The translations under genes and the position numbers were made by a program. A model generated the notes under the pieces. The model searched no databases. It had not been told where the DNA came from and saw nothing but the letters and a program-made list of their open reading frames with translations. Positions 24,757-35,981 of a stretch of DNA of 47,516 nucleotides are shown piece by piece. Source of the stretch: Tricharina praecox (Eukaryota); the NCBI RefSeq assembly GCF_024521635.1, contig NW_026250432.1, forward strand, positions 434,001 to 481,516, in the 5' to 3' direction. Position 1 is the first letter of the stretch. Every line of letters starts with the position of its first letter.

Positions 24757-26015
24757 CTACAGCCTGCATTCCGGCCGCCCCGCCGCCCCCACCATCGTAC
24801 ATTGTTCGCCCTGCGGCTCACCACGCTCCTCATCGAACGGCCGCCGCATTTCACACGTTGGATGCTCTGGATTATCGCTGCAGAAGTGGTCGTCGTCCTG
24901 GCCCGGATTCTTTGCGAACAGTCAGCAAAGCAATCTGGAGATTCTGATCCCGAAGGGCAGAAGGGTGCAGAGGGGGGCGCAGAACGGGTCCCCGCACCGC
25001 ATGCTCGTACTCCAGCGTCTTCATGAGCTTATACACCGTTGCCGCCAGGACCGCCCCCAGCGCCGGGCCCAGCCAGTAGATCCAGTGTTCGTGCGGAAAG
25101 CTGCGGTTGACGACGCACGGCCCAAAGCTCCGGGTGGGGTTCGCGCTGCCGCCCGTGAAATGCACGCCGACCAACTCGATCACGAAAAACACCAGGCCTA
25201 TCCCGATCGGCGCAAGGAACGTGGCCCGGTGCTTCTCCGCCGCAAGCATGAACACCGTGAACACCAGCTCGGCGGTCAGGAACATCTCGATGAACAGCCC
25301 CTGGGCCACGCTCGTCCCGCCGCCCAGCTTCGTGCCCACGTCTAGCGGCGTGGGGAACAATGCCGACACTATGGCCGCGGCGACGATGCCGCCTAGCATC
25401 TGCGCGACGAAGATGGTCGCCGCTTTGGTCGTGGAGAGGTTGCCGACAAGCCAGAAGGCGAAGGTTACCGCGGGGTTGAAGAGACCGCCCGACACCCGGA
25501 AGAAGATCCATACGTTGACGGCGAGGGAGAATCCGAACGAGAGCGCGATGTAGAGGAGGACGACGGGGTCGAAGGGCGGCGTGGCGATTGGGTCGGTGTT
25601 CGGGGGGATGTGCGCCACCATCGTCCCCCCGAAGGCGAATATTAGGTACAGCGTCGTTCGGGAGAGCGAGGAATGTCAGCATTGGAAGCGAAGGATGAGA
25701 TTAGAGGAAAAAAGAAACCCGATGAATTCGCCGAGCTGGGAGAGGTTAGCAATCTACTCTACTCTGTTCGGCGGAAACAACGGTGGAGGGTGGCTAGGCA
25801 TTACCCAGGCGACGAAGACTGATAATGAGGTCAGAAATAGCAAAGGCGGGAGCGGGAAATAAGGAAGACCAACGATTCTTGGTGGGTTTATTCATCCATC
25901 CTATCATGAGGCACCTCGGGTCCGCAGATGGCCGTAGCCACCAGTGCCGTTCACGCCTAGGACCAGTACTGTTGCCATTGGTCGGTGGTAGGATGTTGCG
26001 CGCAGTTCCAGCCAT
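24757..26015 (-). CDS. Aquaporin (MIP family, orthodox fungal type); predicted exons 26015-25874, 25818-25805, 25735-25719, 25658-24998, 24909-24757; 328 aa if intron 3 is spliced; possibly a defective allele
   Basis: Spliced product KNLFVAWLGEFIGTTLYLIFAFGG, SGGLFNPAVT, FIEMFLTAELVF, GGSANPTRSFGP, HWIYWLGP, LEYEHANPGQD. Intron 3 ends in CG rather than AG. Confidence 0.9.
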
Positions 26016-26495
26016 GATGATGATAGCGACTCTTCACCTCCGGGGAGCAGCAAAAGGTGGTTATATGTTGAGCAATGGCATCTCCGCCGGCGCCGCAGAA
26101 TGGTCAGAGTGGCTGAACAGTTTGTTGACGGCGATACACGTCATGGGTACTCCGGCAACCGCAAAACACGCCGCTGACATGCCCATGAGCGATGAGGCGT
26201 GCCGATGATGATGGTAGTTTGAGTTCAGTGCACATCGAGGGGCGGGCGGGGCGGAGCTTGATCTTTGCCAGTTTTCAATTCGAACACGCCTGTTAAGAAG
26301 AATAGGTAAGTAAAACACCGTCCGTCCGTCCAAGTATGCCTATTTCAGGATCCCAAATAATCCCCAATCGGTACACGATCCCCGCCCTGCTGAGTGTATG
26401 TTTATGCTCAGACGCCGCCGAGTCTATTTGTATATTGCCCCCTTCCCCCACTTGTTATATCCCCCCCACTTGGTACGACGGAGGATGTTGCCGAC

Positions 26496-27877
26496 CTATG
26501 CCATGGGCTTTCGCGCGACAGCAAATGTTCTACACCGACCAGATCAGAGAGTGCAAACGAGGCGGCTCGGATTGATTGCACTTACATATTGCCGTAAGCG
26601 TGCACTTTCTTGCTGTTGACCTCAACGTTGCATTGCCCGAACAGGGCATACACCTCTTCTGACGGCATATTGAGCACGCGGGTGAGCAGAGCAAGGCCAT
26701 ACGCCGAGAAGCCGGACTGAGTCGAGAGAGCGAACCAGGCGCCCATCTCCTTAAGCTTGCGATCGGAGGGCCAGGTGCCGAGCGGCAGCTTCATCTCCGT
26801 CTCCTTGTAGCTGCCGAAGTTCGCGGTCGTGACGAGATCGCGTATTGACGGGTTCATTAGCTGTAATGACCGCCCCGCCTTGGCGGCGGCTTGGTTCACC
26901 AGCTCGTAGTATCGCCATATCGCCGATTGCGGCGTGTACGTGTCGTCGTCGGCTTGGAGCTTGCCCGCGGCCGCTTCGACTATCTCGATGAAACCGCCGG
27001 GCTTGAGGCACCTGTGCACATACCAATCCGGGGTCAGTTCGGGGTTTTTTTTCTTAATCTTTATCTTGACTTTTTTTATACAAGGGCCGCAAGGCGCCCA
27101 TATAGAAGCGAGGGACAAGACAAACCTGTAGCATTGGCTCAGCAAACGAGGCCAGTCCTTGATGGAGCCCAGCATGCTGCGGATGTGGATGAACTCGAAG
27201 GAATCGTCGGAAAACATCCAATCGCACTCGACGTCGTCCACGACGAACTGGACGTTGGGCGGAACCCAGCTCGGCTGGATGGGTGATAGGTCCACTCCGA
27301 TCACTTGCGCCGCAGGAAAGCTGTCCCCCATATCTGTGATGGGTCATGGTTAGCCTGAGTGTCTGACAAAGGGTTTTGATCCGTCGTCATCATAGTAGCC
27401 CTGAAGAGCTCGAATAGAAAAGAAAAATAGAAGAAAAGAGCTTACCGATAGCCCAAATGCCAGTTCCAGTGCCAATGTCGAGTATCCGCGAGGCGTCTTT
27501 CGGTATCGGCGCCAGATGCAGTCTTCCCCTGAGCATCATGCTGTAGATGTGGTGCATCATGTCGAGTCTGTCCTGCTCCGTCTCGTCGTTTGGAAGAGCA
27601 TACTGGCCTGCGCGGAATGCGTGGTAGCGTCGGCCATTCTCATACACGTAGCTGTGGGGGCACCGAAACGTCGTCAGTCAGAGCTCAATAATAACAGCAA
27701 GTTCGGACGGCGATAAGTAGGTATCAAGGGTAGTACATACTCCAAGACGGACGAAGAAAGTGAGGCCGTCGACGATTCCGATCCGCTGGAATAGAGCGAG
27801 TCCTCGAAAGCGATAGATTCCGAGTGGTTATGCGAGTCGGCTGGGTCGGAATAGGCATCTGGCTGAAGGGAGGCCAT
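26496..27877 (-). CDS. LaeA-like class I SAM-dependent methyltransferase; exons 27877-27741, 27651-27446, 27333-27126, 27011-26586, 26529-26496; 336 aa
   Basis: YENGRRYH, YALPNDETEQDRLD, ILDIGTGTGIWA, GVDLSPIQPSWVPPN, LKPGGFIE, PLGTWP, ARKP; four GT-AG introns keep the frame. Confidence 0.93.
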
Positions 27878-30059
27878 AGTTATGGATTTCGCGCGTGCGT
27901 GAGGACCGACTCACTCATCGAGGGGGGGGTATGGTCTCCATATTAAGTAGTGTAGAGTACTCGACATAACGACTTCTCAATCTACTGACCCAGCTCGCAG
28001 GTGCCTCGCTAATAGGCCCCCTCGGTCGCCGCCATGTGAGTACATACGGTACACTACCATAGGTACTCTAGTTATCTGCATACTTGGTTATCGAGCTACG
28101 TGTGCGGAACAATCCTCCTATGCACATACACGTTGTACGGGGCGGGCCCGAGGAAGAATAAATAATGGCCTCGCTTGTAAGGGCATCGCACCTAGCTGCC
28201 GGACGCACATGTGTCCCACATTACGCGGACCGACGGGGGCGGGTGAGGGTGAGGGGCGCTCGAGGTTGGACTTGCACATTGCATGCACGACATGCGCCGA
28301 TCGCGGAAGTAGAGTACTGCATAACCTGCTTGTTCTGATGTGCAGACGCGTCTCTTACCTCGGGCAATATCAGATGCCTAAACTTCAGTGGTTGCTGTTG
28401 GCCGGTCGACTGCGGCAGCCCGTCCGAATATCCGCCATACCTAGTACCCAGCATTTCGGCGTTTACCCCACGGGAGGCCGCGGAGGGGCTGCTGGCCGAA
28501 AACTCGCAGCTATACTATAGTACATATCTAGCGGCTATATATTTAGCAGAGCAGAGTAAACACTGAACAGAGTACTTACTGATAATCATGTCCTCAGAAT
28601 CCTATATATCTGCGGGCAACCTGATACCACTTGGCATGCACCTGCTAAAGACAGCGAATTTGTTCCACCCCGCCACCTAATCTCCACTACCGGTATTAGC
28701 CGCGAACAGAGTGCCTATCATAGCCGTGCTCTGCGAGTCTGCGTGCGCCATGCTCACCATTGCTCTATGTACCGTGAGTAGAGTACCTGTGTACCATGGG
28801 TACGCTAGCAGTTACCAAGGTGAACGATTCGAATGCGGGGAAGGAACGGGACCATGGGTCGGCATGCATATGTGCCAGATCTCGAGATCATCTAGAGAAG
28901 AGTATGTAGAGGTCCTGGATGCCACACCGTGTATGTACGAATATTCGAGATGCGCCGTATGTACATTTCCTAGATGATGATTCGTCGTGCTCACGTATCC
29001 TTGCAAAAGGCTTCTCACCAAAACATCGTGAAAACGCTCGGAACTCCGTGGGACTGGCTGCTGACTGGTGATGGTCAGCACCGGGACGGACGGCACTATG
29101 TATCATACGTAGTAGCTGTGCATGCGTTTCATAGGGTAGGTATGTACGTATGTTCCATAACCGTACCTACCTACCTATTCGACATGGCTTACCACCTACA
29201 TGGTCTGCAGAGGAAGCGGCGGATGGTTGGCTGACGATGTTGCAAACCAGTGGTTCGCGGATACAGCTCCCTGTTCGAACCCACGAGATGGCTGCCATGC
29301 CGTGTACTACCGGTATGATAGTTGCGCTACATATCCCGAGCGGCCGACTTTTGCTGCGAGGCGAGGGCGAAAGCATCTCATATGTACTGTACTCTAGCTG
29401 AATGCATCCGCAACAGTGACAGCAGCTCTCGGTTCTACTCTACTAGTAATGTAGCTGGTGTGTTTATGCGGGAGACAAATATCCAATAATCGCTCGCACC
29501 CACACCAAAGCGTGAGGGCGACGATGATGATGATGATCATCATCATCATCAAGTGTGAGGACAAGTTTGTCTCAGGTCTCGACATCCGCACCCCCGAACC
29601 CCCCTTAAGGCATCCAGCTCGTGGTCCCGACGCTACGGCCGCGGGCCGCACCTTCGTTCGCATGGTACCTACCCATTCCGCCGTCGTGGGACCGCACTTC
29701 CCGGGCCGCCGTGCATCGCTCCATGGCAAGAACCGTGCATCTCGATACATGAGTGAGTTTCTAACCAGACGTCTCTACGATGAATCCGTCACATGCAGCC
29801 ACTGGCCAGCAGTCAGCAGCCAAAAGCCAGCAAGATTTCCACGCATATTCATTCATCCGGGCCCCCCAAAAAGCATATTTTTGTTTGATAAGCACACGAC
29901 GCTGGTTACAGGTGGCCAGTACCTAGAGGCAAGACAGACAAATCCCAATCACCACACTGGTTACTAACTACAAGTAGCTGGTAGACGCAAGAAAAGATGA
30001 ATCTCAATCACCATGCTGGTTACAGGTGGCTGGCAGAGACAACACGAAATGAATCTTAA

Positions 30060-31043
30060 TCACCACGCCGTATGCCCGCCATCGATGATCAGATCCGAGC
30101 CAGTCATGAACGAGCTGGCCTCAGACATCAGGAACACAGCCGCACCTCTGCCACGCCATTAGTCTCCGCCAACCAACCAACTAAACCGGTTCCAGCAAGG
30201 CTAGCACTCACCTGAACTCTTTAGGCGAGCTCAATCTCTGCATCATGTTCTGTCCTGCCCACTCCGCTTCTCGCTCGGGGAACTTGGTGAACAGGTTCAC
30301 CACCATGTCCGTGGCGATGTATCCCGGGCTAAGAGAGTTGACGCGGATGCCGTACTGCGCCCACTCAGACGCCAGGTTCTTAGCCAGCTGCTTCACCGCT
30401 CCCTTCGACGTGTTGTACGCCGGGCAGGCCAGACCCTGTTCGCGATGACATCAGCACCTACTCGCTCGCCCCCATCGCGATTACCCATGGTACGCAGAGA
30501 ACCTACCCTATTGGCAACCGTCCCACTCATACTAGCGATCAAGCACATGCTCCCCTTCGTGCCGGCCTTCAACATGGCCTTAGCCACCGCCTGAGCCGTC
30601 ATGAACACGCCGGTGACGTTGATGTCCAGCATGCGCGTCACATCGACCGCGGTATACTCGAGCGCCGGCGTCTCCTGCATGATCCCCGCCGCCGCGATGA
30701 GTCCGTGGATCCCGGCGGGCTCCGCGAGCTTGAAGATGGTGTTCTGAAGCGCCTCCGTGTCTCGCACGTCCACTTGGTGGTACGTGAGGCTTCGTCCGAG
30801 TTCCTTTGCGCGGGCGGCGACCTGGGCGAACTCGGTGGAAGGGGTGGCGAGCACGTCGAGGGCGTGCACTTCGGAGGTCAGCAATCATTATCGGAAGACT
30901 GGATGGGGGAGAGAAGAACTACCATCTGCGCCGGCTTCGATCAGGGCCTCGGCCTGCGTGAGCCCGAGACCGCGGGCACCGCCGGAGACCACAATGACTT
31001 TACCGGCGAGACTGAATTCGGGCAGAAGATTCTTGGTTGCCAT
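30060..31043 (-). CDS. Short-chain dehydrogenase/reductase, D-arabinitol 2-dehydrogenase / sorbose reductase-like; exons 31043-30923, 30868-30507, 30435-30212, 30147-30060; 264 aa
   Basis: VVSGGARGLG Rossmann motif, IASMSG, catalytic YNTSK, IRVNSLSPGYI, FMTGSDLIIDGGHTAW; three GT-AG introns. Confidence 0.93.
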
Positions 31044-32949
31044 GGTCACGGTAGGTGCTGTTGTTGATCGGATCGTTAGGTTATCTATTCAAATTGATTG
31101 GGATTTGCGGAAGAGAGAAGGCGGGGATGAGAGAGATGAGGAACGCTTATCTCCAACAAGCGACGAACTACTATACTTATAATCCCCCACAATCACGGAC
31201 AGGTATCTCGATCGAGGAGTGTGGGGTGCATTGTCGGATCCCCGGTCGAATGCGGTACGAGGCGGGGCAGCGACAGCTACCGGCACCAGGCTGATGGCCG
31301 GCGAGTGGGGGCTGCGTACCTCCAAAACCTGGGGTTTTCGGCAAGAAAGGCTCAACGTATGTATGAGTTTCTGGTTTCTGATGCGTCGTGACACAACTCC
31401 ATTTGTCCGCCGAGACCTGGGCACCCCTGGGTCGTAGGGCCCACTGCGGATAGATATCCGGCAGCTGCGAAATGCGGGGAAAGCTCGGGAGATATATTGC
31501 ATGTTGAGTGTGGAATCGTGGGGTCCTACCTACTGCTGAAACGAAGATTGTCGACGGACGAGAGGATGTTTCCCTCGGTTTCTTGCTGTGGAACGAACCG
31601 GACTGGCGGCAGTTGACGGCAAATGAGGATGTTTTGGAATATCTTGCCTTAGTTTCGGCAAGGGTTCGCCTGCCGGATCATAGTTGGGAATTCGGTTTCC
31701 GGTTCGTCACGTCAAGCGCTCTTGGGGGTGGTGCGACCCCACAACGACTGCGGCACGCATCACTACAAGATTTTAATACGGATTGGACAGATTTCAGCCT
31801 ACAACTTACAAGAGGTGCAGGCTAGCAATATTGGACTTCCTGCGAGGGACGAACGTCGGTAGGCTCTCGTCCAGGACAATGCCGTGGACGAGGCGGCCAG
31901 TGAGGCCCCCACCGTGAACAAGAGTGAATACGAGGGATGATGCACCCCGGAGGGAAACGAAGAAGCGGTGAGCATGCAGGAGCTTGTGTCTATAATGATG
32001 CATCCGGGGAAGCAGGGTGAACGGCGCAGCACGCCCGGTCGAGCGCTTTCACATGACATTTCTCCAGTTGAGATACACCTTTTAGCAGCCAGGGGGGATT
32101 GAACCACTGCCACGGGTCATTTCCCCACCTTGTGCAGATAGGAAAGTCGGACCAGTGTGTATATCGGCAGTCTTCATAGCCTGCATGTGCACAAACAGGA
32201 AATCCCAAAGGTAATACATAGTGGATAATGACTAGGTAGCTGGCGGAGTGAGGAGTGAGCCAGCTATGTACTTGTACATAGAGTCGGCAATGCGAAGGTT
32301 TGAAGAGGTCGATCGGCTCAAGGATCATACCGTAGTCTCGATGGTGATCACTCGCCACCAGTAGTCAATCTACTCTCAAGAAACCATGCAATCTAGTATA
32401 ACGAATATCAAGCTAGGTGATAGGCCCGGTCCTATCACCGAGTTTATAATCCTACCGCATGCCATTAAGGAGCGGATACGCTGATATCTAGCCTGCGACA
32501 TGGGGGGCTCTGCAATTAATCGAGAATAAGCGCCGCGGTTGCGAACATCGTACGAATGCCCGAGACGTCGAGCCTGCAGATAGCAGCCAGTAAACTATGC
32601 CTGAGTTATGATCAAGATTGCAACACCACGTCTACGAGTGCTAGAGACGTCCCCCGCTGATTTCTGCCGGTAGGTAGCTCGTTCGTTAGCATGTACCATG
32701 ACGGAGTCCACAATTCGTCGTGGTTGGCCCTAGGTCTTGACCATGACGAAGTGCCTAGCAACCGCTTGAAGCCTATGATACGGTACCTATTATGCGCGGG
32801 GCCAAGTTGATCAAGTGAAGGTGGGTACGACCTGAAGCGCCTTCGGAAGATGGTAAAGCAACCGTAACAACTCAAGCCGAACGTCGGAAACCAATAAGAG
32901 AGACGTCCACCTCTCCATACTCCAATGGGGTATCCACGCTCCGACCGCC

Positions 32950-33334
32950 ATGTCACAACTGGATTATTATACCGGCGTGCTCTGTCTCCCGACAGAAGTT
33001 CTGCTCAATATCACCTGCCGGCTGACATGGAGCGACCGGAAGCATCTACGCTTGCAAAGCCGGGCACACGCGTACTTCTTTGGCGACCTACCACTTAAGG
33101 ACTGGGCTGGCGATCTCGTAGGCGTTGCATTCTACGCCCTGTGTGAGTGGACCCCCCGTAATGAAGAGGGACTATGGTGAGATTGACTATGGCGGGATTG
33201 ACTACGGAGGCGATGCTAGCATGTACTACTGGTGGTTGTCCGTATATAGAGTTTATTTGTACTGTGGCTCAGTCGACGATGTGCAGTTTCTCCAATTATT
33301 AACTTGGGGTGGTGTGCAAAATTCAAATGAATAG
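32950..33334 (+). pseudogene. F-box-like gene relic (truncated or frameshifted)
   Basis: ATG-started ORF with LCLPTEVLLNITCRL..D..LRLQSR, which resembles an F-box motif. It stops after 76 aa inside a 15-nt triplication, and coding-like sequence continues in another frame. Confidence 0.45.
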
Positions 33335-34379
33335 GAACCTCCAACTGGAACTGTTGCCAGGTGGCCTTCACGGTAGCCTGTAACAGCCGGATGAAGTCCT
33401 TACGATGGGGTTCCCTCAAACAGCTGTACACTGGCTGAAGCTTCTCGTTTTCAGGTCAAAGTCTGATTTCTATGCATGCATACAGTTCTCGCTCAGAGTG
33501 AGAACGACCGCCATACCGGTGCTCTATTGCTGACCTATGCGGACCGTGGTGGTATCTATGCAGAATGCGTTCGCCTAGCTACATTGTGCAGCAAAGACAG
33601 ATGGACTCGGGTGTGAGGGTGAGTGATGCACCACCACCACCGCGAAATGGCGCTTAAGAAGGTGCGCCACTTACCCTTACACCCGTGGACATCCGTCGAT
33701 GCATCCCGTTTACAACGCGGCTTGTTACCAAACCTGGTATCAAATTTCATCTCCGAAACGAATAATTCATTCTTCCTCCCTTTATCACAACATTGATTTT
33801 GTTGCGAACGTGCTGACCCGGAAGTTCGAAGCGTTGTCACATGACCCCAGTTTCTCCGGCGCCCGATCAAACGATCTCTCAAAGTTAACCTTCCGAACGG
33901 TCTACAACATTAGGGGCCACTGCTGATACACAAAGCCACCCCGCAGCGGAATTCTTGACTCGGGTTTCCTTCCAATCCAGCTGTCTAGGTGGATGGTCAA
34001 ATCCTGGCGGGCTGAGAGGGTTGCTGCCATCACTCAGGAGCTATGCCCTCTCAGCGATTCGGTACTACATCGCAAATTATTTACAACATTGGTTTGACAC
34101 TGTTGCGTCGAAAGAAAGCATCAATCATGCGACATCTTAGACCGTAAGGTATCTACCAATCACATATTTGAGAGAAATACAGTTATACGGATGAGGCACA
34201 TCTATGTATTTCTCCGACTGGTCGTCGAACCGGGTCCACCATCTCCCTTAACCCTGCATAGATATCTTCGATTGGATTTCCACCTCCTACGGCTGGTGGC
34301 TGTGCAAGTAAGCATCTGCTTTCTTGCGTAACGATTCCACGGTATCTGAAAGAGAATTATGACTCGGTCGTCTCAATGA

Positions 34380-35391
34380 CTATCTCTGATATCTCTGACG
34401 GTGTGTTGGCGCTGGCTCTTGAGGAGCCTCAACAGCTTTCGTAGGCCCGCGGCGGGAGTGCTGATGTTCCGAGTGCTGCCGGTGGTTTGAATACCGTACT
34501 ACGTCATCATCATGGGCCGTGTTCCTTCGAGAGAGATATACGTATGTTGGCCCATGTTGAACCGAAATATCCGCTTTATTCCTGGCGTGCGATCGCCTCG
34601 ATGCAGAAGACACCCGATGATGATGACCGCCTGAGTGATAGGTTACTGGAGCATAAATCTCACTAGCAACCGGCCCGTGCTGTGTGCTGACAACTTCCCC
34701 TTCCATGAAGCCGGAAGACATCCGACGCTGAAATCCGTTGTGAACCTGGGCTTTTCGACCGTAAATCTCCTTAGCAACGGGCCCGTGCTGCGTGTAGATT
34801 CGGGGATTGGAAGATTCTCTACAGCCGCCCCTGTGGAGATCCCGCTCGTCTTCGTGGTATGCAGCTTGGGAATGTCTGTCTTCATCCGAATACACTGAGG
34901 AATATTCATCCGAATACACTGAGGAATATTCATCCGAATACACTGAGGAATATTCATCCGAATACACTGAGGAATATTCATCCGAATACACTGAGGAATA
35001 TTCATCCGAATATTCATGAGAATAAGATTCCTCATCCGAAAGATTAACCGGACTGTCCACGGCTTCACCCTCAAACCCGAGCCGCTCTCGACCATACTCG
35101 GTTGATTCGTCGAGGGGCACGGAATCTCCAGGTTGAGGATGATGGGGAATCGGCCGTGGTCCGTTCCTGATTTCAATTAGCCACACTTCATTCCGAGGTG
35201 CTTCGAGTCAACATACTTCGCCGAACCTATGCGTCTTAACGGGTGCTGCCTGGTCGGCACCTCGAGTTCTCCCTCTCGGTCATGCTCCACGGTATACACC
35301 TACTCCAACATGACTTTAGTGATTAAATCTCAGAGAGTTAAAACAGACGACTTACTGCATCGTAAATCTCGACATATTCGACCTTCTGCAT
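34380..35391 (-). CDS. Hypothetical repeat-containing protein; at least 3 exons (about 35391-35356, 35299-35217, 35166-34380); true start uncertain
   Basis: Long open exon with in-frame 24-bp repeats (YSSVYSDE) and three QHGP pseudo-repeats. Upstream introns GTATGT..CTAAT..CAG (35216-35167) and GTAAGT..TAG (35355-35300) keep the frame. Confidence 0.55.
34881..35013. repeat. 24-bp coding minisatellite, 5 perfect copies plus a partial copy (TTCATCCGAATACACTGAGGAATA)
   Basis: Copies start at 34881, 34905, 34929, 34953 and 34977. Confidence 0.97.
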
Positions 35392-35981
35392 TATTTCAGC
35401 AAGTAATGTGTTCTTTGATCCCCGCCGTACTCTTCAGCTCCAGGCAGCTGGTCGTCGGACTTAAATCAATCCACAAGCTCGAGTGGCAGGGCTGGGTATC
35501 CATGTGGGTCGCGTATCGACCACCCATTGGATGAGTACGATGATTCGATGAACCGCCTACAAACACTCAGAAAAAGGGAAATGTCCATATTATATCGGCT
35601 TTGTCGGAGCAAGTGTGCGTGGCCCAGCTGATAAGTGCTCATTCTGCGATGCACGATAGTTTTGTGCTTCTAGATATCCAGGCTCCCATCCAATACGCTG
35701 GGCGAAGGATTCCTTAGCTCGGATCCCGTTTCAATCCTGCTGCCTGCATGTTTGTTACACTGCAGATAATCATCCAGCCACTAATTGTGATGGGTTATTC
35801 CGCCTGTCAATCACCATCCGATAGAGTATACCCCGCACAAGCTACAACGAGCCCCATAGTTCCAGCCTCTACTTACACTGCTCCGCGATTTGCAGCCTCA
35901 CGGAACGCCTATTAATAATCTCTATGATGCCGCAGCTGCTAAGCATTCCTTCGCAATCAATCAATCGACTCGAAAATTACA

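Noticed and set aside
31508..32900. Possible decayed gene(s) upstream of the F-box relic
   Set aside because: Fragmentary ORFs with no motif I can assign.
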